A stretch of 64,000 nucleotides of DNA, taken from a virus. Its lineage: Duplodnaviria > Caudoviricetes. Both the position numbers and the translations under genes were made by a program. Shown one piece after another: positions 56,301 to 64,000 of the stretch; positions within the stretch are counted from its first letter, which is position 1, and every line of letters starts with the position of its first letter. Below the pieces are notes generated by a model. The model was not told where the DNA came from. It saw only the letters and a list, made by a program, of their open reading frames with translations, and made no database searches. Where the stretch lies: IMG/VR virus record IMGVR_UViG_2806311045_000001, positions 6,218 to 70,217 of that record; one strand, given 5' to 3'.

Positions 56301-59300
56301 ACGCTCGCGGGTCAAACGATTGCCAACGACGGTGGCAAGGTGCTGCATGCCGGGACAGGAACCCTGTCCGTCACCGCGCAGAACACGCTTACCAATACCA
56401 ACAGCGGCCAACTGCAGACCAACGGCGCACTGGCAGCGCAGGCCGGCTCGCTCGACAACGCCCATGGCACCGTGTCGGCACAGGGCGACGCGTCGGTGAC
56501 AACGACCGGCGATCTGCTGAACCGCCAAGGTGCGATCTATGGCCAGACCAGCCTAACGCTCACAAGCGCCGGTCAGATCGATAACGCGAGCGGCTCGGCG
56601 CAGACGTCCGGCAACCTGTCGACCCGCGCTGCGGGTGCGTTGAACAATGCCGGCGGCACCCTGACTGCCAACGGTGCACATAGCGTCGCGACCGTATCGG
56701 CGGCCCGTCTCGACAACACGGCAGGGCGGCTGACCAACGCCGGCGATGGCGTCACCACGATCACCGCCGCCAGCGCGCTGAACAACACTAGCGGCGCCCT
56801 GGGCGGCAATGGCGACGTCACGATCAACACGCCGGCCCTGACCAATACCAGCGGCGGCCAGATTGCAGCAGGCGGCGCGCTTACGCTGAACACATCGACC
56901 GGCATCAACAATCGCGGCGGAGCGCTTTACGGTGCCCGGGGCCTGACGTTGACGCAGTCCGGCGCCACGCTTGCCAACGACGGCGGCGCTTTGCTCGGTG
57001 GTCAAGACGTGAACCTCAGCGTTGCATCGATAACCAACACTGGCGGCGCAATACGTGCCAACCGCGATATTGCAGCGCAAGGCGCGATGTCCGGCAGCGG
57101 CGAGGTGACTGCCGGCCGCGATCTGTCGCTTCGTGTAACCGGCGACTACCTGAACGATGCCGCCAACCGCTTGCGTGCCGACGGCAACATGCAGGTCATG
57201 GCCAGCGGGACATTCACCAACAGCGGGACCCTGGGTGCGGCGGGCAACACCACCGTGCAGGCGGCCAACGTGGTCAATACCGCCAGTGGCGACATCACCG
57301 GCACGTCGACCACGGTGTCGGCCGCCAACAGTATCAACAACGCCGGCCGCATCGAAGGCGATGCGGTGCAGACCAACAGTGCCGGACTGTTCAACACTGG
57401 AACGGTCATCGGCAACACGGTCCAGGTCCAGGCGAACGATGTGACCAACGCCGGCGCTTCGGCCTTGATCGCAGGGGCGAAGGACGTCAAGGTCTACGCA
57501 ACCAACTCGGTATCGAACCTCGACGGCGCCACGATCTACAGCGCGGGCAATCTGCAAATCGCGCGCGACGGTACGCGTGATGCTGCCACGGGTCTGCTGG
57601 CGAATCAGGTCGGCACGCTCACCAACCGCTCGGCCACGATTGATGCCGATGGCGATATCGATATCGCCGCGCACACGCTCAACAACACACGCACGAGCAT
57701 CGTCACGGCGGCCGGTACGCCCCAGACCGTCACCCAGACACTGTCGGCCTGGTTCGCCGGGTTTACCGGGAACGATCGCCGGTTCCACAGCAGCATTACG
57801 TTCCCGAGCTGGAGCTGGAGCGGCCAGAACGCGCCGGTCAGCGCCAACCTGATGGGCGCGCTGATGCAGCCGATCACGGTGACGGTCCCGAAATCCACGG
57901 TCGCGAACGTCAACACGGCGACCAAGACGCTGTCGTTCACGCAAGCTCCCATTGAGACCTATGACAACCCGGACTTCTCGGGCGGTTGTGGTGGCGGTGG
58001 TGACAACGGTCCGTCGGACTGCACGCCTCAGTACACGCTGACCCGCAACCTGACGTCCAACGCGACCCAGTACTACCAGTCGATCCAGGACAACGGCACC
58101 ACGTATTCCATTACCTTCTGGCCGGACTGGGACCCGAACAAGAACATCCGCCCGGACCAGGTCCGCCTGCGCTTCGACCTGGGCAGCGACAGCCACGACT
58201 ACAGCGAGATCAGTCGCACAGTCAACACGACCACGACGACCGACCAGCTCATCAGCGCTTCCGATCCCGCCAAGATTCGCGCATCGGGGGCGATCCGCGT
58301 CAACAGCAACGGCGGCACGATCCTGAACCAGTCCTCGATCATGGCGGCGGGCGGCGACCTGATCCGGTCGGCGGCGGGCGGTACAGTGACGGACCAGGGA
58401 ACGGCGCTGCAGCAGAGCGTCAGCACGACCGAGACCTCGACCTTCTACTGGCATCAGAAAACAGGTGGCGACTCGGATACCCAAGTAGTGCCCTATCCGA
58501 CCTCGCCGGTCGCCTCCACCACGGTGATGGCTCTGCCGGCGATCGTCTCGTCGAACCAGACGGTGCAGACGACGGCGCAGACCATCAGCGTGAATACTGT
58601 CAACCGCCTGGGCCAGACCGTGACCGGTAGTGGCGTGACGGGCGGCGGAGCGAGCGCCTCGGCGGTCGGCAGCGCGGGCGGCGGCACCAAGAGCGCGGAC
58701 ACACTGAGCGGCTCCGCCGGCAGCGCCGTGGCTTCTGCTTCGGGCAACACGCGCGCGCCGCAGACGCTGGGCTCGGCACAGACGGGCATCCCCAACCTGA
58801 CGCTGCCGCTCAACGGCCTGTTCCACTTCCAGCCGGCACCCAGTGCCACCTACCTGGTCGCCACCGACGCGCGCTTCACGCAGTACACGAAGTTCATCTC
58901 CAGCGACTACATGCTGGGCGCGCTCGGCCTGAACCCGCAGCAGACGCAGAAGCGCCTGGGCGACGGCTTCTATGAAGAGAAGCTCGTACGCGACCAGATC
59001 ACGCAGCTGACGGGGCGCACGTTCCTGGCGGGCTATACCGATCAGCTCAACGAGTACCGCGCGCTGATGGATGCAGGCGTCACCTACGCCAAGGCCTTCA
59101 ACCTGACGCCGGGGATCGGACTGTCGGATGCGCAGATGCAGCAGCTCACCAGCAACATGGTGTGGCTGGTGTCGCAGGACGTGACTCTGCCGGACGGCAC
59201 GCACCAGTCGGTGCTGGTGCCCAAGCTGTATCTCGCGAAGGCCAACACGGTGGACCTGAATTCCACCGGTGCACTGGTGACCGGCAAAGCCGTCAGCCTG

Positions 59301-62300
59301 AACGCTTCAGGGGATCTCGCCAACAGCGGGCGCATCGTCGGCGACATGGCGACGCAGGTGGTGGGCAACAACATAGTCAACCGAGGCACGATCGGCGGTG
59401 CCGGCAGCGCCACGCTCGTGCGGGCGGTGCAGGACGTGCGCAATACCGGCGGCAGCATCACCGGGCAGAACGTGGTCGTGCAAGCAGGGCGCGACGTGAT
59501 CAACGAAACGCAGACGATCTCCAACCTGCAGACCGTCGGCCCGAATGGCTACAGCGCCGGGGCCACTGGTGTCGGTTCGGTCGGCAGCATTACGGCGACC
59601 AACAATGTTTCGGTCCTGGCCGGGCGGGACATCACGCTGGCGGGCGCGACGATTTCGGCGGGCAGCAATGCGCAGATGGCGGCTGGGCGAGATATCAACC
59701 TCGGCACAGTCACGTTGGGCACCACGCAAGACGCGGTCTCGCGTGGCGGCCAGAGCTACTTCCATGACCAGACCGCGACCGTCTCCGGCAGTACCGTGTC
59801 GGCGGGTGGCAATGTCGTGGCAGTCGCTGGGCGGGATGCCACGCTGACGTCTTCCGCGATCCAGGCGGGCGGCAATGCCACCATGGCCGCGGGCCGCAAC
59901 GTGACTGTGACGGCGGCATCGGATACGCATACCCACAGCGAAGGTTCGCTGGGTGCCGACGCGCAGTACAAGAAATCGTCCTATGACGAAACGGTGCAGG
60001 GCAGCGCGATCCAGGCGGGCAACAGCGCGACGCTGGGGGCGGGGCAGAGCCAGGCTGTCAGCAAGGTGCTGCAAGCCAACGGCATCACGCCAGCAACGCC
60101 GGCGGCCGGCGGCACGGGTAACGTCGCCGTGCTGGGTTCCTCGGTGACGACAGGCAACGGCGCGGCCAACCTGATCGCCACGGGCGACATCACGGTGGGT
60201 GCCGTCAATGAGAAGCACTCCGACTACGCCTGGTCGGACAACAAGCACTCCGGCTTCCTGTCGAGCGAGCAGACGACCAAGGAGCGCAGCAGCCAAAGCA
60301 GCACGGCGGTGGGGTCCTCGATCTCCGCTGACTCGGTGACGGCCAGCGCCGGGCGCGACCTGACCGTGCAGGGCTCGACGGTGGCGGCGACCAACGACGT
60401 CAACCTGGCGGCCGGTCGTAACCTCACCATCACGACGGCGCAGAACACCAGTTCGAGCCACAGCTACGAGGAGACCACCAAATCGGGCCTCGGCGCGACA
60501 GGCTCGGGCATTTCGTTCGGCACGCGCAACCAGAAGGACACGATCAACGACAACGCCGTGACGCAGACCAGCAGCATGGTCGGCAGTACTGGCGGCAATG
60601 TGAACCTGAGCGCGGGCAATACGCTGAAGGTAACCGGCAGCCAGGTCATGGCGGCAAAGGACATCACTGGCACGGGTGCCGACGTGACGATCGAGGCCGC
60701 GCAGGGCTCGACACACCACGACGAGACCCACGAAGTGAAGCAGAGCGGCTTCACGCTGGGTGTCTCGGGTGGTGCGGTTGGTGCCGCCATCGGCGCGGCG
60801 CAGAAGCTGGAGAGCGCGGGGCAGAGCAAGGACGGCCGGGCCTCCGCGCTGTGGGGCGTCGCGGCTGCGCGGGACGCCTTCGATGCAGGCAAGGCCCTTG
60901 CCGGGCCTGGTGGGGCGACGGCCGGAGCGGCTGTTACCCTGTCCTGGGGTAGCAGCCAGAGCAAGCAGACCCAGACCGATGACGCGACCCAGCACACAGG
61001 CTCCACCGTGACGGCTGGCGGCAAGGCCAGCTTCACAGCAACGGGCGTGGATGCCAACGGCAACAAGACGGCGGGCGATCTGAACATCGTCGGCTCGGAC
61101 GTGAACGCCAAGCAGGCCGCGCTGAAGGCCGCGCACGACGTGAACATCGTCTCTGCCACCGACACGGACGAGAACCACAGCCGAAACGAATCGAGCAGTG
61201 TCAGCGTCGGCGTGTCGTATGGCTTCGGTCAGGGCAAGGGCGGTTTCGGCGTCTCAGCGTCGGCCTCCAAGTCCAAGGGCAACTCGGACGGCACCAGCGC
61301 AACACAGGTCAACAGCCACGTCAACGGCAGCGAGTCGGTGTCGATTGCCTCGGGCAACGATGCCAACGTTCAGGGCGGCGTGGTCAGCGGCGGCAAGGTC
61401 ATCGCGGATGTGGGCGGCAATCTGAACCTGGCCAGCCGTCAGGACACATCCGAGACGCACGCCAAGCAAGACAGCATGGGCGGTGGCTTCAGCATCAGCC
61501 AGGGAGGTGGTTCGGCCAGCTTCAGCGCCAGCCGTGGCCGGGCGGATGGAACCTATGCCAACGTGGCGGAACAATCCGGCATCCGCGCCGGCGACGGCGG
61601 CTTCGACATCAACGTCAGGGGCAACACGGATCTCAAGGGCGCGGTGATCGCCAGCACCGCCACGCCGGACAAGAACCAGTTGACCACCGGCACGCTGACG
61701 TGGAGCGACGTCAGGAATCACTCCGAGTACAGCGCGGATTCGATGGGCGTGTCGATGGGCGGCACCTTCGGCGGCACGAACAGCAAGCCGACCTCGGGCC
61801 AGGAGTCGGGCAAGAACACCGGTGGCATCAGCCCGATGATTCCGCAGAGCGAAAGCGGCAGCCAGAGCGGCGTGGCGCGAAGCGCCATTGCCCAAGGCGG
61901 CATCACGATCATCAACAAGGACGCCCAGAAGCAGGACGTGTCGACGCTGAGCCGCGACACGACGAACACCAACACGACGGTCGGCAAGAACCCGGACCTG
62001 AACGACATGCTGAGCAAGCAGGCCGACATGATGGCGGCGGCGCAGGCGGCGGGCGAGGCGGTTGCGAAGACGGTGGGGGATATTGCGGACAAGAAGCAGA
62101 AGGAGGCCAACGACCGCCTGAAGGCGGCCAACGAGGCCTACAAGCAGGATCCGTCGGATGCAAACAAGGCCGCCGTTGCTGCGGCGGAAGGGGATGTTGC
62201 GAATTGGAAGGAGGGTGGCAGCTACCGTGTGGCGTTGCATACCGCGGGTGGCGCGCTGATCGCTGGGCTGGGTGGGGGCAATGCGGTGGCCGGGGCAGCG

Positions 62301-63494
62301 GGGGCGGGGCTGTCGGCGCTGGCGGCACCGAAGCTGGACGATCTTGCCCGATCGGTGGCGAGCAATGTCGGGACTGACAATGCTGGGCTGAATGAGGCGA
62401 TTGGCAACGTGGCCGCGAACATTGCGGCGGGTGGGCTCGGTTTCGCTGTGGGTGGTGGATCAGGAGCGGCGACTGCGGCGAATGCCGATCGCTTCAATCG
62501 GCAGCTCAACGAAAACGAGAAAAAGGCGATTGCCGAGAAGGCGAAGGGGGACAAGGCTGAGGAAAAACGCCTGACCGATGCGGCGTGCTACCGAGTGCAG
62601 TGCTGGGCGGAATTCTCGCCGAATAGCCCGGAATATCTGGCCCGCCAAGTCAGCGCACTGGACGCCAAGGATTTGGGGCCGGAGTTGAAGTGGGTGGATA
62701 GCCAGAGGGTGGCGGGAGGTCTGTTCGACTACACGCCGATGCAGAGGGTGGGAGACTTCGTTGCGAGCCAGACTGATCAGGCCAAGCGTGCGGCGCAGGG
62801 ATTTGTCGAGGAGGTGAAGAACCTGCCGCGCAGCTTTGTGAACAAGATGGCGTCGGATGCCAAGCAGAAGATGTCTGAGTCGCCATCGGACCTGATCGCC
62901 CAGGGCGTCGCGAATGGCTTCAGTGCGGTCGCGGGTATGGGGCGCGGTGAGCCGCCGGCGGCAAGCCCGGGGGCGGTGCTGGTAAATTCGGGGGCGAGAC
63001 AGGCCGCGAGTGCTTCGTTGAGTGTGACTGCTGATACGCCGCCTAATGCCATTGCGTCGAGCAGTGGAGATAGCGACGGAAACACAGGAAGCAATGATAG
63101 CAACACAGCAAAACGTCCAACTCCGCGTCAATCAGAGAATGATGCGGGCGCCGGCCTTGGCCCGGATTACAAACCTCAAGTAAGCTACAAAGACGGCGAA
63201 GTTGTTCCGTATGGAAGTAAAGGAAGTGTTCGACCAGATTGGTGTAATGGAACCACGTGCAGTATTGAGGTTAAGAATTACAATATTGCAACGAACTCGA
63301 GTGGTCTCATTAAAAATGTGGCAGACCAAGCCATTCAGCGGCAAGCAAATCTTCCTGCTGGAATGGAGCAGCAGATTGTTATTGACGTGCGCGGTCAAAC
63401 GATGACTGCTCAACAGGAGGACGCGATTGTGAAAGGCATCGTGAGTAGATCACAGGGCGCTATTAGACCAGACGCCATTGAATTCAGAAGGTAG
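53334..63494 (+). CDS. cdiA: CdiA/filamentous haemagglutinin-family TpsA with C-terminal nuclease-fold toxin
   Basis: ESPR signal MNAKCYRTVFNAVRGMLVAVEE; TPS NPNL and NPNG; FHA repeats (LDN..G); FNRQL junction; C-terminal VRPD...IEVK. Confidence 0.9.
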   Translation: MNAKCYRTVFNAVRGMLVAVEESARSTGKGRQIGGQADTSAASTSTAARFAVLPVVFGAWCVLGVSYTVQAQVVAAPGSGAQVIQTQNGLQQVNIARPNGSGVSLNTYTQFNVPGQGALLNNAPGITQTQQAGYINGNPNLLPGGSARIIVNQVTSTSPSTLQGYLEVAGPRAEVVIANPNGILVNGGGFINTSRATLTTGVPVFGGSGSLDAYRVTGGQITVQGAGLNASNVDQVDLIARAVSVNASVYANQLNVVAGANQVDHSTLNATPIAGDGAGPANGIDVSQLGGMYANKILLASTEKGVGVSSRGVAAAQAGDLTLTAQGQLVLAGQTSATGNLSIAGRDGITNTGATYGTGAVSVSTSGALNNSGTLASQQGLTVNAGSLASTGSLGAGVASDGTISQAADLNVTTTGALSATGKNVAGGNASFQGAGVSLANSQTTANANLALTSTGGADLTGATVHAGGAVNATAAGTFINDRGHLSSNGATSITAGSVSNVGGQIVSQGAMRLQASGALDNAQGTVQAGGALTVNAASVDNTAGRLVSLNADDLSLNASTAITNVGGTTSDGAQGGVIGANGVVSLTTGTLTNHAQITAGTDATLTATTLDNASGSVTAGNALTAQVAGTVNNQHGALSAAATTINAASLDNTTGKLEGNRLGITTTGNLVNRGGAINQYSQTDTQLKVGGMLDNTNGVIAANAQNLTIDAQAVTNDGGKLLHSGAGTFTVGSQGALRNVAGQIQTNGALSTQSSRLDNANGLIASQGTETVTTTDALDNTNGTLHAGDTLKVQAGAALTNVGGNIESNSAHGTLAVSAASLDNSSGRVVNVGDGATRVAVQQTLLNANPAGTTGRGLIGGNGAIDVTAGTLENHATISAKGDASLTAQRFDNSSGRTTAGGALTASAAGALVNQQGVLSGNATSLTAASLDNGSGRIEGSQLDIVSTGDLGNRGGTIQQFGQADASIQAGGVLDNTAGSIAVNGKNLTLAGQTIANDGGKVLHAGTGTLSVTAQNTLTNTNSGQLQTNGALAAQAGSLDNAHGTVSAQGDASVTTTGDLLNRQGAIYGQTSLTLTSAGQIDNASGSAQTSGNLSTRAAGALNNAGGTLTANGAHSVATVSAARLDNTAGRLTNAGDGVTTITAASALNNTSGALGGNGDVTINTPALTNTSGGQIAAGGALTLNTSTGINNRGGALYGARGLTLTQSGATLANDGGALLGGQDVNLSVASITNTGGAIRANRDIAAQGAMSGSGEVTAGRDLSLRVTGDYLNDAANRLRADGNMQVMASGTFTNSGTLGAAGNTTVQAANVVNTASGDITGTSTTVSAANSINNAGRIEGDAVQTNSAGLFNTGTVIGNTVQVQANDVTNAGASALIAGAKDVKVYATNSVSNLDGATIYSAGNLQIARDGTRDAATGLLANQVGTLTNRSATIDADGDIDIAAHTLNNTRTSIVTAAGTPQTVTQTLSAWFAGFTGNDRRFHSSITFPSWSWSGQNAPVSANLMGALMQPITVTVPKSTVANVNTATKTLSFTQAPIETYDNPDFSGGCGGGGDNGPSDCTPQYTLTRNLTSNATQYYQSIQDNGTTYSITFWPDWDPNKNIRPDQVRLRFDLGSDSHDYSEISRTVNTTTTTDQLISASDPAKIRASGAIRVNSNGGTILNQSSIMAAGGDLIRSAAGGTVTDQGTALQQSVSTTETSTFYWHQKTGGDSDTQVVPYPTSPVASTTVMALPAIVSSNQTVQTTAQTISVNTVNRLGQTVTGSGVTGGGASASAVGSAGGGTKSADTLSGSAGSAVASASGNTRAPQTLGSAQTGIPNLTLPLNGLFHFQPAPSATYLVATDARFTQYTKFISSDYMLGALGLNPQQTQKRLGDGFYEEKLVRDQITQLTGRTFLAGYTDQLNEYRALMDAGVTYAKAFNLTPGIGLSDAQMQQLTSNMVWLVSQDVTLPDGTHQSVLVPKLYLAKANTVDLNSTGALVTGKAVSLNASGDLANSGRIVGDMATQVVGNNIVNRGTIGGAGSATLVRAVQDVRNTGGSITGQNVVVQAGRDVINETQTISNLQTVGPNGYSAGATGVGSVGSITATNNVSVLAGRDITLAGATISAGSNAQMAAGRDINLGTVTLGTTQDAVSRGGQSYFHDQTATVSGSTVSAGGNVVAVAGRDATLTSSAIQAGGNATMAAGRNVTVTAASDTHTHSEGSLGADAQYKKSSYDETVQGSAIQAGNSATLGAGQSQAVSKVLQANGITPATPAAGGTGNVAVLGSSVTTGNGAANLIATGDITVGAVNEKHSDYAWSDNKHSGFLSSEQTTKERSSQSSTAVGSSISADSVTASAGRDLTVQGSTVAATNDVNLAAGRNLTITTAQNTSSSHSYEETTKSGLGATGSGISFGTRNQKDTINDNAVTQTSSMVGSTGGNVNLSAGNTLKVTGSQVMAAKDITGTGADVTIEAAQGSTHHDETHEVKQSGFTLGVSGGAVGAAIGAAQKLESAGQSKDGRASALWGVAAARDAFDAGKALAGPGGATAGAAVTLSWGSSQSKQTQTDDATQHTGSTVTAGGKASFTATGVDANGNKTAGDLNIVGSDVNAKQAALKAAHDVNIVSATDTDENHSRNESSSVSVGVSYGFGQGKGGFGVSASASKSKGNSDGTSATQVNSHVNGSESVSIASGNDANVQGGVVSGGKVIADVGGNLNLASRQDTSETHAKQDSMGGGFSISQGGGSASFSASRGRADGTYANVAEQSGIRAGDGGFDINVRGNTDLKGAVIASTATPDKNQLTTGTLTWSDVRNHSEYSADSMGVSMGGTFGGTNSKPTSGQESGKNTGGISPMIPQSESGSQSGVARSAIAQGGITIINKDAQKQDVSTLSRDTTNTNTTVGKNPDLNDMLSKQADMMAAAQAAGEAVAKTVGDIADKKQKEANDRLKAANEAYKQDPSDANKAAVAAAEGDVANWKEGGSYRVALHTAGGALIAGLGGGNAVAGAAGAGLSALAAPKLDDLARSVASNVGTDNAGLNEAIGNVAANIAAGGLGFAVGGGSGAATAANADRFNRQLNENEKKAIAEKAKGDKAEEKRLTDAACYRVQCWAEFSPNSPEYLARQVSALDAKDLGPELKWVDSQRVAGGLFDYTPMQRVGDFVASQTDQAKRAAQGFVEEVKNLPRSFVNKMASDAKQKMSESPSDLIAQGVANGFSAVAGMGRGEPPAASPGAVLVNSGARQAASASLSVTADTPPNAIASSSGDSDGNTGSNDSNTAKRPTPRQSENDAGAGLGPDYKPQVSYKDGEVVPYGSKGSVRPDWCNGTTCSIEVKNYNIATNSSGLIKNVADQAIQRQANLPAGMEQQIVIDVRGQTMTAQQEDAIVKGIVSRSQGAIRPDAIEFRR

Positions 63495-63499
63495 GCGAT

Positions 63500-64000
63500 A
63501 TGCGAATAATTGGATTTCATGGTGGTAGTTCGTTATGCGAGCTCGGTACTGTGTCTGATGTGGTCTTGTTTTTCGACTGTCTGAGGATGTACGTAGAGAG
63601 TGCGCATCCAGAGCAGGATTGGTCGTTGCTAAGCGATCGACTATACCGCCGCTATTTGCGCGAGGATGAGCTGGATGCCGCACTGAGGCTCATGGAACAG
63701 GCGAAGCAGATTCTTTCTATGCACTCGGCAGCGACCGCTGTGAGTTGGGACCCGATTTTGTTGGGCGACAGGCAAAAGACGTGGCTGGACCCAAAGCTGC
63801 CAACGCTTGCCGATGTGTTTGCGAAGTATTTTGAGAGTTTTTTGCACTGCGTTGAATCGTCAAAAATTTTCCTGAATAGCTGGGGAATTTATAAGCCGGT
63901 GCGAACGGTTATTGCTAACTTGCCGGATTTTGCAGTCGAGAAGAAACGATCTTTGGAGGAGTACGATAATCTGGATGATTTGCCATTCTGGCGGCGTTGA
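63500..64000 (+). CDS. cdiI: Candidate immunity protein
   Basis: 166 aa, low GC, starts 5 nt after toxin stop. Confidence 0.72.
   Translation: MRIIGFHGGSSLCELGTVSDVVLFFDCLRMYVESAHPEQDWSLLSDRLYRRYLREDELDAALRLMEQAKQILSMHSAATAVSWDPILLGDRQKTWLDPKLPTLADVFAKYFESFLHCVESSKIFLNSWGIYKPVRTVIANLPDFAVEKKRSLEEYDNLDDLPFWRR

Noticed and set aside
54400-57500. Repetitive LDN..G pattern as DNA tandem repeats
   Set aside because: Degenerate protein-level haemagglutinin repeats, ordinary for TpsA proteins.

Overview
GC-rich betaproteobacterial DNA, probably Ralstonia solanacearum species complex (inferred from a DUF1484-like gene and gene content). Bases ~1-51.2 kb are most of a lambda-like (siphovirus-type) prophage whose left end lies outside the window. 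It contains a large serine recombinase plus DUF2924 module, an early/replication module (AAA ATPase, SSB-like protein, PD-(D/E)XK nuclease, P4-type primase-helicase, RuvC-like), and a putative packaging-start region interrupted by a complete RmInt1-like group II intron. These are followed by two ParB-fused DNA methyltransferases, a block of small counter-oriented genes, lambda-type head genes, tail genes with a -1 frameshift chaperone, a tape measure, a tail tip and a lysis cassette. Accessory genes include ParDE, H-NS, a PAPS-reductase-like gene, a dual-frame C5 methyltransferase, Phd-VapC and DUF6037. To the right are a c4/ash-like element with DUF1484, a COG2958/HrgA-like nuclease-fold gene, and a 3386-aa CdiA/FHA toxin with a candidate immunity gene. 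The most striking unexplained signal is a 30-bp bipartite motif, CTTGGCTT-N7-GAACAGCGCGTTCAT, present 9 times. Every copy lies 27-43 nt upstream of a small gene or the recombinase operon and points toward it, which suggests a phage-specific regulon built from promoter-gene cassettes.
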